DNA of 64,000 nucleotides from NCBI RefSeq assembly GCF_035084215.1, contig NC_090346.1:31062001-31126000 (forward strand). Direction: 5' to 3'. Shown here in pieces: positions 50,912 to 64,000 of this stretch (its first letter is position 1; each line of letters starts with the position of its first letter). Origin of the DNA: Heptranchias perlo (taxonomy: Eukaryota). The notes beneath the pieces are model-generated. The model did no database searches, was not told the DNA's origin, and was given only the letters and a program-made list of their open reading frames with translations. Both the position numbers and the translations under genes were made by a program.

Positions 50912-53216
50912 TAGAATCGTAGAATCATAGAAAGGGTATAGCATGGAAGGAGGCCAATCGGCCCATCGAGTCCGTGCTAGCTCTATGCACGAGCAATCCA
51001 GCTAGTCCCACTCCGTAGCCCTATCTCTATAGCCCTGCTAATTTTTTCTGTACTTATCCAGTTCATTTTTGAAAGCCATGATTGAATCTGCCTCCACCAC
51101 CGCCTCGGGCAGTGCATTCCAGATCATGACCACTTGCTGTATAAAAAGTTTTTCCTCGTGTCACCTTTGGTTCTTTTGCCAATCACCTTAAATCTATGTC
51201 CTCTGGTTCTTGACTCTTACGCCAATGGGAACAGTTTCTCTCTATCTACTCTGTCCAGACCCTTCATGATTTTGAATACCTCCATCAAATCTCCTCTCAA
51301 CCTTCTCTGTTCCAAGGAGAACAACCCCAGCTTCTCCAGTCAATCCACATAACTGAAGCCCCTCATCCCTGGAATCATTCTAGTAAATCGCTTCACATCT
51401 TTCCTAAAGTGAGGTGCCCAGAACTGGACACAATACTCCAGTTGTGGCCAAACCGTGTTTTATAAAGGTACATCATGACTTCCTTGCTTTTGTATTTATG
51501 CTTCTATTTATAAAGCCCAGGATCCCGTATGCTTTTTTAACCACTTTCTCAACCTGCCCTACCACCTTCAACGATTTGTGTACATATACCGCCAAATCCC
51601 TCTGTTCCTGTACCCCTTTCAGAATTGTGCCCTTTACTTTATATTGCCTCTCCTCATTCTTCCTATCGAAATGTATCACTTCGCATTTTTCTGCATTAAA
51701 TTTCATCTGCCATGTGTCCGCCCATTCCACCAGCCTGTCTATATCCTCTTGAAATCTATCACTATCCTTCTCACTGTTCACTACACTTCCAAGTTTTTTG
51801 TCGTTTGCAAATTTGGAAATTGTGCCCTTTACGCCCAAGTCCAAGTCATTAATGTATATCAAGAAAAGCAGTGGTCCTCGTACCAACCCCTGGGGAACAC
51901 CACTGTATACCTCCCTTCAGTCCAAAAAACAGCCGTTCACCACTACTCTCCGTTTCCTGTTACTTAGCCAATTCTGTATCCATTCTGCGACTGCCCCCTT
52001 TTCTTCCAAGGGCTTCAATCTTGATGACAAGCCTATTATGCGGCACTTTATCAAACACCTTTTGGAAGTCCATATATACCATATCAACTACATTGCCCTC
52101 ATCTACCCTCTCTGTTACCTCATCAAGAAACTCTACCAAGTTAGTTAAACAAGATTTACCTTTAACAAATCCTTCCTGGCTTTCAATAATCAATCCACAA
52201 TTGTCCAAGAAACTGCTATTCTGTCCCAGATTATCGTTTCTAAAAGTTTCTCCATCACTGAGGTTAAACTGACTGGCCTCTAGTTGCTGGGTTTATCCTT
52301 ACACCCTTTTTTGAACAAGGGTGTAACATTTGCAATTCTCCAGTCCGTTGGCACCACCCCCATATCTAAGGATGTTTGGAAGATTATGGCCAGTAGCTCC
52401 GCAATTTCCACCCTTACTTCCCTTAGCAACCTAGGCTGCATCCCACCTGGGTGACGTATATACTTTAAGTACTGCTTGCCTTTCTAGTACCTCCTCTTTA
52501 TCAAATTTTAGCCCATCCAGTATCTCAACTACATCTTCCTTTACTGAGACTCTGGCAGCATCTTCTTCTTTGATAAAGACAGATGCAAACTACTCATTTA
52601 GTACCTCAGCCACGCCCTCTGCCTCCATGAGTAGATCTCCTTTTTGGTCCCTAATCGGCCCCACCCCTCCTCTTACTACCCGTTTACTATTTATATGCCT
52701 ATAGAAGACTTTTGGATTCCCTTTCATATTGGTCGCCAGTCTCTCTCTCTTTGCCCCTCTTATTTCCTTTTTCACTTCCCCTCTGAACTTTCTATATTCA
52801 GCCTGGTTCTCACTTGTGTTATCAACCTGACATCCGTCATAAGCCCCTTTTTTCTGTTTCATCTTACTCTCTACCTCTTTTGTCATCCAGGAAGCTCTGG
52901 CTTTAGTTGCCCTACCTTTCTCCCTCGTGGGAATGTACCTAGACTGTACCTGAACCATCTCCTGCTTACAGGCCGACGATTTTTCAATTACAGTTTTGCC
53001 TGCCAATCTTTGATTCCAATTTACCAGGGCCCAATCTGATCTCATCCCACTAAAATTGGCTCTCCTCCAATTGAGTATTTTTACTTTTGAGTGGTCCGTG
53101 TCCTTTTCCATAGCTATTCTAAACCTTATGATACTATGATCACCGTTCCCTAAATGTTCCCCCACTGACACTTGCTCCACTTGGCCCACCTCATTCCCCA
53201 GAACCAAATCCAGCAT
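50912..53216 (-). mobile_element. CR1 LINE (end of EN, RT, tail), decayed
   Basis: LDLVLGNE, GDHSIIRF, GFVKGKSCLTNL and KFANDKK motifs; tagaatc tail. Confidence 0.93.
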
Positions 53217-54319
53217 CAGGTGACGCCACGACATCAGTGGAACCCCTCATTGCTATATCTAGAATTTAGTTAACACTCAAGTTTAAATTTTGCAGGTAAT
53301 AACTTATTTATTTAAGGTACCAAGGATGCAAAATGACTCAATTCTGAGGCCCATCAATGTATACGATTGAAAGCTACAAAATCCTAATACACCAAGCGCA
53401 GCGTATTTTATTATTTATTTCTATTGCAAACTAATCTTCTTAACCAATGCTAAATAAACATGTCTTTTCCATTGTACAATGGTCCAATTACTTCAACTCA
53501 TATGTTGGATACATTCCCAGGTGCACAGAGTAATATATTTGAAATCATTTTATCAGCTGTTGAATTCCAATTTCCTCTACGATGTACTGCTGGGTATAAT
53601 AAAACTGCAATGTCAATAACTATCTCCAAAGTTTGGGGCATCTGTATACAATTACATAGATCCTTAGGCAATTTCAAACGAGTCTGTTATAGCTACAAAT
53701 AATGGAAGTCTCTATAAGATCTACTGCAGAATGTGCCCCCTCATCTCTCTAGGGAGTACTTTTTTGAAATATGTTTTTAAATTGGCAGGTTGTTCATGGT
53801 AGAATTGCTATACTAATGATTTTGCTACCAACTGCAATTGAAGTATACTGCTCCTTAACTCTACCGAATGAAATTATTGAATGTGGTCTTCTTTCATGTT
53901 TTAAATTTTAAAAAACATGTAAACCTTGTGCATGAGACTGATCTTTAAGCCATGGCCACATATATTTTTGCAAAGGTACAATGATTTTCAATTACGAAAA
54001 AAGCAGCTTACTGTATCAGCAAAAAACAAACATTCATTGCCGTTTGTAAAGAAATCAAAAGGAATTCCTTCGTAGCTACACACAGAGCCCTTGGATAAAG
54101 ACTCGACTTATTCCAATGCGTATGTTTCAAGTTTAAAATTCAGCAATTTCACTGCACAAATCATCAAAAAAAAAGCAATTTTAATGGACGTGCATCCTGA
54201 AGAAGGACCCAAACATGATTAGGTAGCCGGATGGACTGAATGTCCTGTTTCATTTTACATTCTTAGGTAATCGTCCAATATTATAGCACAGAAGGAGATC
54301 ATTCGGCCCATCAATCTGT

Positions 54320-56448
54320 TAGGATCTGTTCAAAATGAACGGGTTGCACCTCAACAGAGCTGGGACCAATGTGCTCGCGGGGAGGTTAACATGTGATGTG
54401 GGGGAGAGTTTAAACTAATTTGGCGTGGGGATGGGCACCAGGATGAAACATTAGAGAGGAGAAACAAAGTGCACACAGGACTGGGAGGGACAATTAGCAC
54501 TAGAGTAAAGAATGGTTCAGAAATAGGAGGGATCAGACAGGGGGCAAATGCGAGGCAGTCTAAGATGAGTTTAGAGTGCATGTACATTAATGCACATAGC
54601 ATGGTAAATAAGGTTGGTGAGCTGCAGAGATTATGAGATGCTGGCAATAGCAGAGACCTAGCTCAATGAAGGGGAGGATTGAGTACTTAATATTCCTGCT
54701 ACAAGATATTCAGGAAAGATAGGGAAGGAGAGAAAGGAGGGGAGTGGCAGTATTGATCAAAGAAACTATTATAGCACTGGAAAAGGATGATGTATTTGAA
54801 GGATCAAAGACAGAATCTATTTGGTTAGAATTAAGAAACAATAGAGGAACTATTACACTACTGGGTGTATACTCCAGGCCAAATAGTGGGAAGGAGATAG
54901 AGGAGCAAATTTGCAGGCAAATTACAGAAAGATGCAAGAACTATAGAGTAGAGATAATGTGGGACTTCAATTATCCTAATATAGACTGGGACAGTAACAG
55001 TGTAAAGGGCAAAGAGGGGGAGGAATTCCTGAAATGTACACAAGAGAACTTTCTGGAACAGTGTGTTTCCAGCCCAATGACAAAGAAAGCAGTGCTGGAT
55101 CTAATTCTGGGGAATAAAGTGGGGCAGGTGAAGCATGTTTCAGTGGGGGAGCATTTGGGGAACTGTGTTCATATTATCATTGGGTTGAGAATAGTTATGG
55201 AAAAGGACAAGGAGCAATCAAATGTGAAAATATTTAACTGGAGAAGGGCTAATTTCAGTGAGTTAAAAAGGGATCTTGCCCCGGTGGATTGGAATCAAAA
55301 ATTGGAAGGCAAAACAGTAATTGAACAATGGGAGGCCTTCAAGAAGGAGTTGGTTCGGGTACAGAGTAGACACATCCTTACAAGGGGGAAATGAAAGGCA
55401 TCCAAAGCTAGAGCTCCCTGGATGACTAAAGATATAGAGATTAAAATGAGACAGAAAAAGGAGGCTTATGACAAATGTAAGGTTCATAATACAGTAGAGA
55501 TCCAGGCTGAATACAGAAAGTACAGAGAAGATCTAATAAAGGGAATGAGGGGCAAAGAGAGAGTATGAGACTAGATTAGCGGCCAACATAAAAGGGAACT
55601 CAAAAGTCTTTTATAAACATATAAATAGTAAAAGGGTAGTCAATGGAAGGGTGGGACCGATTAGGGACAAAAAAGGAGATCTTCTTGTGGAGGCAGAGGG
55701 TAAGGCTGAGGTACTAAATGAATACTTCACATCCGTCTTCACTAGAGAAGACGATGCTGCCAATGTATCAGTAAAGGAGGAGGTAGAAGCGATATTGGAT
55801 AGGATAAAAATAGACAAAGAGGAGATATTTAAAAGTCACCCGGTCCAGTTGGGATGCATCCTAGGTTACTGAGGGAAGTAAGGGTGGAAATTGCAGTGTC
55901 TCTGACCACAATCTTCCAATCCTCCTTAAATATGGGGATGATGCCGGAGAACTGGAACATTGCAAATGTTACACCCTTGTTCAAAAAAGGGTAGAGGGGT
56001 AAACCCGGTCAGTCAGCCTAAAGTCAGTGGTGGGGAAACTTTTAGAGACAATAATCCGGGACAAAATTAATTGGCACTTGGAAAATTATGGGCTAATAAA
56101 TGACAGTCAGCACTGATTTGTTAAAGAAAAATCGTGTTTGACTAACTTGATTGATTTCTTTGATGAAGTAACGGAGAGGGTTGAAGAGGGTAGAACGGTT
56201 GATGTGTATATGGACTTTCAAAAGGCATTTGATAAAGTACCACATAATAGATTTGTTAGCAAAATTAAAGCCCATGGAATTAAAGGGACAGTGGCAGCAT
56301 GGATACAAAATCGGCTAAGGGACAGAAAGCAGAGAGTAGTGGTGAACGGTTGTTTTTCAGACTGGAGGGAAGTATACAGTGGTGTTCCCCAGGGTCAGTA
56401 TTAGGACCACTGCTCTTATTGATATATATTAATGACCTGGACTTGGGA
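54320..56448 (+). mobile_element. CR1 LINE including the ORF1 C-terminus (SGNH esterase), APE endonuclease and start of RT; 3'-truncated
   Basis: DLFKMNGLHLNRAGTNVLAGR; GVAVLIK, ESIWLEL, WDFNYPNIDW, LDLILGN, DFQKAFDKV and PQG motifs. Confidence 0.92.
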
Positions 56449-57140
56449 CACTGTTTGAATTATGGCCTTTTGCATTAAGTCTGTATTATATCTGATGGAC
56501 ACAGGTTGTATATCATGGGACTAAAACTGTGACATCAGAAAGTCATCCTTTGCACCTGGAAGTCAAAAAGCATTTACTGTGGATTTCACAATAATATTTA
56601 TTGACCATCTGTTTATCATCACTAGTTCTGCATTGTGGCTATTAATATTCAAGTAAAACACTTTCAACACGACTACAGCTATTAAAATAACATTGCCCAC
56701 TACCATTGGCATGGTATGACAGAGCCTTTAAATTACCTTTGGTGAAAATAGTGTTTTATTATATTTACATATTTAACTTCATAATCATTTATTGAAACTT
56801 TTTTTTCCCACATTCTGCTTTGGAAAAATGCCTGCAATGCCTATTTAATTTTGCTTTCTTACTATTACCCTTAACAGGGTAAAAATTACTGTAAAAAGTA
56901 CCACCCACTCAAAAATAAGGCAAATATAATCCCATTCTGTGATCTTACATATTACAACTCAGCATCCACAACTTTGCTCCTATCAAACCCTCCACTGCTT
57001 TGAAGTATTTTGGAGAGAATTAGGGTAACAAAGAAATTTAAATCATCTTTGAGTTATAGACACATTCATTATTATTATGCCAGAATAGTTAGTTTGGATT
57101 GGAGGGATGTAGAAGGTAGGAAGTGGAAGACAAACACCAT

Positions 57141-57844
57141 GGTCCCGATATTTACGGGGCGGCGCGGAGGGAGCGGGGGATCGCAGTTGCGGGGGCGAAA
57201 CCCGGAAATCCCGGGAACGCGGAGGTCTTGACGAATTTAACGGCTGGACCTCATTATTGTTTTTTTTATTCTGTTTCCCGCCCGGCAGCTGACCAGATTG
57301 ACATGCTGGCCGGGTGAGAAAGCCAGTGGCAGAAGGCCGCAGCTAGTGACCGCTGGGGACAGTTCCCGGTAATCAGGAAAGATCGGGACTTGGTAGGGGG
57401 GTGGTCGGCTGATCATGGGGCAGGTGCCTCGAGATCGAAGATGGAGGGGTGGGGGTCGGCTGATTACAGCAGTGAGGAGAGGCCGTGATTGGGACACAAT
57501 TTGCTTGAGGGACCGGGGGGGGGGAGCACTCCTGATCTTCCTGGCTCACAAGCAGTGCATTAAAAAGCATTCACCTTCTGGAGCCAGCTGCTCCTATCTC
57601 TATTTCGTTGCTGGATTTCCCGAGCCCTGCACTATGGGAGCCTGATTTAAATATGATAATGAAGTGTCCCGCCTCTAGAGAGCAGGACACAGATACGCCA
57701 TACAGCCCGCCACCGTAAAAAATGGTGGCAGGCGCGTACAAGGCAGGTTGGGGACACAGTTTGTGGTTTTTCATTTTTAACCCACACACCCCCCCTCACC
57801 TCCGATCCTCTCCTGCCCTTTGTGGGGGGGTTACAATTGACCCC
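57141..57844. mobile_element. GC/CpG-rich Harbinger-like non-autonomous element
   Basis: Sharp GC shift; weak TIRs (GGTCCCGATATTTAC / GTTACAATTGACCCC); flanking CAT on both sides. Confidence 0.55.
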
Positions 57845-59448
57845 CATGATTTGATAATTTGTCATACAATTATGGATTCCACCAAAACTATGTGGAATGT
57901 TTCCCAGAAAATTGAACACTGGAAGTGAAACTTGAAATGGTATTCTGTTTCAAACTTCATGGTCATATCAAATTTCTAAGGATTATTGGAAAATGGGACA
58001 ATAAATTCCAACCATGTTAAGTACTCTTTGTTACAGAATCAGAGTCCTGTCTTTTTCAAATTGTAACATTTATTATATCTTTATACAAAATTTTAGATAG
58101 ACTTTAAAGTTCATTGATTGTTGACTGTATTTTGTTAAACAGATACAGCCTACAGATATATACATTCCAATGAGAGATATCCAGTCCTGTTGGTCTCCCT
58201 GGGGGAAAAGGAAATCATTTCATGTTAATTGCATCAGAAATTCTCTCCATTCTTTGAAACAAGACACATAATGATCACTAAGGATTGTTCTGAGGACCAA
58301 GCCATTTTATGTACAAGTCAGATTTTAGAAAATAACAAAACCCATCCAAATACCAGAAGTTCACAAGCTCTCTGCCTGAAAGATAAAATCAATAGCAATA
58401 TATTTGTTGCCTAGTGTTTTCATGAGCAGTGTTCAACAGCTGGTTTGCAGTAAAATAAATGTTTTTTGCTTTACTTGTTTCAACTGTGTGTTTCTAGTTT
58501 ATAATATTGAAACCAAGGAATGCCCACATTGATTGAAGATTGATTGGGGTCCTAGTTAAAATATTCTGAAAAAGACACTTTGGCCATTATTATTTTTGAG
58601 ACAATTTAAGATATAGTATAAGTCAAGCATTGTTTTGCTCATTACATACTGTACTTAGTTAGCTTCTGCATAATTATAAAATCTTGTAAATAAACTCAAA
58701 TAATAGTTTTAGCCTGAATGCAGTGAAGATGGGGAACAACATCTGGTGCAAAATATTGCAGTAAAGGGGTCATTATTAATCATGTGGCACACTATTCTCA
58801 TTCATCAGATACATATGGGTATAGATTTGATCACAAGGGACAAAGGTCTACTGATAGAAACTTCATCTCATTGTAAACATGAATAAAGGGTTGGTATAGT
58901 GTTACAAATCAGCTTCTCTCCCCACCAGAAACCAATATAATTAGCTGCTTCACGTAGTACAGTATTTTGGTTCACTGGAGATCGAAGGATTAGGCAGGAG
59001 TGAAGCATAGTAAAAGGTGTGCATAGTGGCATTCCAAAGGATCATTGGATAAATCTGAGAATATCTGGAGATCATTTAGCAAGATGGCTCAGCAAACTAT
59101 ACCATAATGAATTGGACAAGATAGAAGGATGAATCTGCTATTCTATTGTTTTAATCTTAACTCTGTGCAACTAGGCAAATCTTTGATTCATGATGCTTAT
59201 TTACTTGTACACAATCTCAGTTTGAACATTGTTCCAGCTATATGAGTACCTCCTGTACTGTTTTACATTCTTTCCTAAGCATTATACAAATGTCATTTAT
59301 ACATGCTACAATTCTTGACTTTTCCTCTCTGCCATAATATTGATGCAAGGCCTCGTGCTGATCCACTTCATCGACATTTCTTGCCAACCACAAACTTAAA
59401 AAAACGGACCATTGGACAGTTTTCTTCAAAGGTGAAAGATGACTTAGG

Positions 59449-60630
59449 ACATAGAAACATAAGAACATAGCAGCAAGAGTAGGCCACACAATCCAAACAG
59501 CAGTCCTTACCTTAGGGTTGGAGAAATCTGGACGGTAACTTTTGGAAAAGTACTACATGAACAATTGCTTTAAGGCTAAACAACTTTATTGGCACAAGTC
59601 CATACAACCTTTCTGAAGTAGAGAGTGGTCATTGAGTTTTCTGGGTGATCAGTCCGTTGTACTCAAGGCTGTTGTGTCTTCTTCTGATGTTGTCCTCCTT
59701 CTTGAGGTGAGCTCCTATTGCTCTGTCCGCCAACTGCAGTGTCAGTTCCATTGCAATGTTTTCTTTTTATGTTGTTTTTGCACTTTGGGACATAAGTAAA
59801 GTGAGGGAAGTGTCACTCTGTCCAATCACCTCCTGTGATTAGGCCTCTTTGATGGAGGTACAATTAGCTCAGCACTTTGAATGTGATGGCTCCCCTTATC
59901 TGTGTTCATCTGGCTTTTCAAGCACTTTGGAACGTAAAGGCCCCTCCTTATCTGTGCTCACCTGATTTTATGTGTCCATGATTCTAACTGTCTCACAGTT
60001 TCTCAATGGTATCGGTTCTGTGGTATGTTGACTTGTTTAAAACTTCTAGAAGCTTTTCCATACAAGCTGCGGTTTTAAAATAATCAAAATTCCAGCTACA
60101 CACGGAGATCATGGTAACAGCAGTTCGTTCTGTCTTTTTGGCTGATGCCGTATCTTTCAAGATTGTCCATTGTTTCTAAGTTAATGTTCAATTCCATAGT
60201 GCAAAAAAGCGCTCAAATCTCATACCATTCAGCCCCTCAAGCCCCCCGTCATTCAATTAGATCATGGCTGATCTGTATCAGCTTCATTTCCCTGCCTTAG
60301 CTCCATATCCTTGATACCCTTACCCAACAAATATCAGTTTTGAAGGCTCCAATTGTCCCAGCATTCACAGCCTTTAGGGGAAGAGAATTCCGTATTTCTA
60401 CTACCCTTTTTTGTGGAAAAGTGCTTCCTGATTTCCCTCCTAAATGGCCTAGCTCTAATTTTAAGATTAAGATGTCCCATTGTTCATATTCCCCCCGCCA
60501 GGAAATAGTTTCTCTGTATCTACCCTATCAAATCCCTTTAACATTTTAAACATCTCGATCAGATCACCCCTCAATCTTCTAAACTCAAGGGACTACAAGC
60601 CAAGATTATGCAACCTGTCCTCATAATTTA
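59449..60630 (-). mobile_element. CR1 3' end split by an LTR-like insertion
   Basis: catagaaacataagaacatagcagcaagagtaggcca | ccattcagcccctc...agatcacccctcaatcttct. Confidence 0.85.
59487..60224 (-). mobile_element. LTR-like insertion (738 bp) with atypical termini
   Basis: Interrupts the CR1 tail with CCA duplicated; minus-strand AATAAA (59585-59590) and TATA-like ATAAAAAG (59763-59770); short internal duplication ccttatctgtg. Confidence 0.55.
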
Positions 60631-60832
60631 ACCCTCTAAACCACTAAAATGATTTGAAATGGCGAATACAAATACCCCAGTTGGGTGAATCCAAATCGGA
60701 ATTCCAGACTCAATTTTCAGATCTCTAAATTTCAAATCAGATTCAAGCTTTGTCATTAACTTTGTACACTGAAGCTTACGAGTTTTGAGCCATAACACTT
60801 GTCTGAACCTGAAACAGGCACCTCCAGGCATC

Positions 60833-61200
60833 AGAAGGTATTCAAAATCATGAAGGGTCTAGACAGAGTAGATAGAGAGAAACTGTTCCCATTGGTGGAA
60901 GGGTCAAGAACCAGAGGGCATAGATTTAAGGTAATTGGCAAAAGAATTGAAGGTGACATGAGGAAAAACTTTTTCACACAGCGAGTGGTTAGGATCTGGA
61001 ATGCACTGCCTGAGGGGGTGGTGGAGGCAGATTCAGTCATGGCCTTCAAAAGGGAATTGGATAAGTACTCGAAAGTAAAAAATTTGCAGGGCGACAGGGA
61101 TAGGGCGGGGGAATGGGACAAGCTGTTGCATAGATCGGCGTGGACTCGATGGGCCAAATGGCCTCCTTCCACGCTGTAACCTTTCTAATGATTCTATTCT
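60833..61200 (+). mobile_element. CR1 3' fragment
   Basis: VFKIMKGLDRVD...TRGHRFK...WNALP; atgattctattct tail. Confidence 0.92.
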
Positions 61201-61646
61201 AGAAAGCAAATTAAAATTAACAACATTTTAATTCTGAACAGAACAGAGTTCATAGAAAAAAATCCTTGGGCTGAGTGTTGGATATTTTAGATCTCGCAAT
61301 TTTTTTCAATATTTATCATGTAGTAAAATTGTGAATTGTGAAGATTACAAGAAATATTAATGTTTAGCTGCCGATTTTCAGAGAACAGATCTCTTATATA
61401 GATCCCGCACAATGAAAGAGAATATAATTCTAACACATGCATTACTACGGGAAAGAGAAATAGATTTTTTAAAACTGGTTATTTTTACTGGCATTGGAAG
61501 CACGTGTTTATTAAAAAAAAATCAATATTACTATAGAGTAGAACTGTGAACCAAGGAAAGAAAATTCTAAAACAAAATTTAGCATGGTAGATTTTATCAT
61601 GTTTTATTTGTTTCTCCCCAACCTAGAAGAATTGTTTGTTCATATT

Positions 61647-62414
61647 GGCCCAGAATCTGCTGGAGTGGGGCATCGCGCAGTGAATGGTGTGAGTTGGATT
61701 TTTTTCCTCATCCTTCAGCTCCAATTATTTTTGCGCCACAAATTGCTGGAAATACGAATTCATAACAGGCCGAGGTCAACGGGACATCTGGGACCTTGGT
61801 GAATGACGGGACCAATAGACTTACCCAATTAAATTTAAGAATAGAGAAAGAAACAGAGCAAATGGCGGAGAATGAAATAGGATGAATTAGAGTCAAGTCA
61901 GATACAGAAAGATAAATAAAGAGAGGGGAAGAAAGATTAGATTAAGAGAGAGAGAGATAAAAGGGACAGAAAGGAAAAGTTAGAAAAAAAATTTAAAATG
62001 TTAAATTTTAAAAATTGAAAAACCTCGAGGAACAATTTACTACCTGCAGGAGTGAGACTCCACAGTTTCAATTGTTCTCTTTCTGGACCTCCAAGGTTGA
62101 GTGGCATGTCAGGACTATAAATCACCCTATTAATTGGGTCCTTACTCCATGAAATAGTAGCCCTAACTTTCTGCGGCGAGTTTAATTCGTATTTACAGAG
62201 CAAATCCAGCAATTTCTTGACACTCATGGGGAGGTTGAGGACGAGCTCCTGTTTTTGCAAGGCTAACGGCAGAGCTGCACAAATCGTCCAGCAATTTGTG
62301 GTGATTCTCAACTCATGGCATATCTCTTCCTTGCCACAGATTGCTGGGATTTTTATGCACTAAAAGTGGCGTATGCCTTTAACTTGCTGTTATTTTTCCA
62401 GCAAATTCTGGGCC
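61647..62414. mobile_element. Non-autonomous PIF/Harbinger-type element (MITE), family A
   Basis: TIRs GGCCCAGAATCTGCTGGA ... TCCAGCAAATTCTGGGCC; TSD ATT; shares internal blocks (catctgggacct; gggacagaaaggaaaagt) with 356-1109. Confidence 0.85.
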
Positions 62415-63627
62415 ATTATTTATTGAATAGTGCTCATGTCTTTATTGGAAGTCAAATGGATTTCCTTTGGGCACAGAGCGCTTCAAATGATTGTGTAAAT
62501 TTTCCCTGCCGCCCACAGCTTATCTTATTCTCTTTGTGCCTTCAACACAAAGGCAACCTGGGAGTTTGGCTACAAAGTCTGCCCCCCAAGGTGTATAAAT
62601 GTGGTTATACGAACCTTAACCTTTATCCAGCAGGTTCCAGCTTTATGAAACCGGCTACAGTGGAGCTGACAACCACCTCCTCTGGGCTCTGGAGACAGAT
62701 GAAGCCAATCAGTACTGCTAATTGCAGATGCACATCTCTACAGGACGTCAGTCATCTCTGAAGAGCTCAGGTTCTCCCACTGATAACACCTGGCAGCCTG
62801 TGGAAGGACACCAGCAGACCATACTGTACACAATTAGAATCTGCTAGACAATATTTTGCAGATGCTTCTCTTTAATACATTCATATTACCAGCACTTTTA
62901 AGCTGCAATAAAGCTTTGAGAAAGTCTACAAAGACTATTTCAAATTGGCCATTCAAGTTAAAACTGATTCCCTTTTCACGTGCAATAATTTCCTTAAAAT
63001 TTAAGTATTTACTTAAAAGTAATTTTTGAAGAGTCCATTAAATATAATAGTTATTAAATTCAAATATAATAGTTAAACTTAAATATAATAATTATTGAAT
63101 TCAAAGGCCTAGGAATTCAAACTGGGTCTTCCTATTTTACAGGCATAAAATGGGTGCCTAAAGCTCCAATATGGTGGGTGGCATGTACGTACACATTGTA
63201 TGCTGGAAATGCCCCACACGCCATATTGGATCGGGCTCCTCCGTAGACCAGTGCATGAGCCAGAAGCATATAAAAAGCTAATTATAATATTTAAATAAGG
63301 GTCTTACACTTGTAGGAAACCATTTGTGATCTTGGTCTGCCCCAGCGCCTGACTCGTCCTGTGATAAACTCGATCAACAAATCATGGCACTAACAGCCAG
63401 CAAGGACCCTGCAGCAGGACTAGTTAAAGGGCTCATCCATTACATACAGATAGTTGCTGGTTTGTCCTTTTAGGCTGCTGCTTAACTGCTTGGTGATTTT
63501 TGGCATTCAACAACTTAATTCTGACTTCTGCTAACAAGTTTTTGCTGAAGCTGGACTATTTTTGTTTGCCTTCAGAGCAGTTTTATTGCAGTCGTGGGTG
63601 GCCTGGTAGGCCTTTCTTTCGGGCTAG

Positions 63628-64000
63628 AGGGAGAGGGGGAGCAGCGAAGAAGGCAGGAGAGAGTCAGGACCAGCTGGGAGAGGAGGGAGGAAGAGTGCAC
63701 TGCGCAGGAGACCACAACGGGTCTTCAGAGAGCACTTCTACCTCAACCTGACTGAGCAACAATCTGTCAGGAACCTTCACTTCACAAAGGAGGCTATGAC
63801 CTATCTAGATCACCTGCTGCAGCCACAACTCGAGCCTCGAACCAGAGCATGGACAGCACTGCCTGTGGCTGTCAAGATCAGCATGGCCCTTAACGTTTAT
63901 GCAACAGATTCCTTCCAGGCTGCAGCAGGTGACATCAGCGACATCATCCAGTTTGTGGTGCACCATTGCATCAGGGAGGTCACCGAGACTCTCTACACCA
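63628..64000 (+). pseudogene. HARBI1-like Harbinger transposase N-terminal region, running off the window end
   Basis: Stop-free frame RRPQRVFREHFYLNLTEQQSVRNLHFTKEAMTYLDHLLQPQLEPRTRAWTALPVAVKISMALNVYATDSFQAAAGDISDIIQFVVHHCIREVTETLYT; the apparent N-terminus is frameshifted; TIR-like GGCCTAGGAATT at about 63106. Confidence 0.82.

Noticed and set aside
57141-57844. CpG-island promoter
   Set aside because: Sharp boundaries with TIR/TSD-like ends suggest a young TE, and no adjacent exon was found.
1-64000. tRNA, rRNA, CRISPR arrays or a second host gene; the remaining short ORFs
   Set aside because: None recognisable; the short ORFs are antisense or alternate frames of LINEs, or chance ORFs.

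Overview
Vertebrate nuclear DNA; the repeat content (CR1, DeuSINE/SacSINE1-like, Penelope ends, Harbinger MITEs) points to a cartilaginous fish, probably a shark (inference). The only host coding sequence I can support is the large terminal coding exon of the GPCR GPR139 (+, 8063-8997). It is preceded by about 8 kb of intron and followed by an apparently TE-free, AT-rich putative 3'UTR of about 2.7 kb. The rest is intergenic and dense in mobile DNA: more than 12 CR1 LINE fragments, an L2, four 3' ends of a second CR1/L2-group LINE, DeuSINEs, three solo LTRs or LTR-like inserts, and many PIF/Harbinger pieces (MITEs with 3-bp TSDs, three Myb/SANT remnants, two HARBI1-type transposase remnants). 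Most notable: (1) a mismatch-free 104-bp inverted repeat of a Penelope-like end carrying a minimal hammerhead ribozyme core on each strand, with a 12-bp TSD (19747-20014); (2) two near-identical inverted CR1 copies flanking the GPR139 exon that share the same premature stop in the RT domain, suggesting a defective master element mobilised in trans; (3) multi-level TE nesting. Repeat family names come from motif recognition, not database searches, and the boundaries of decayed repeats are approximate.
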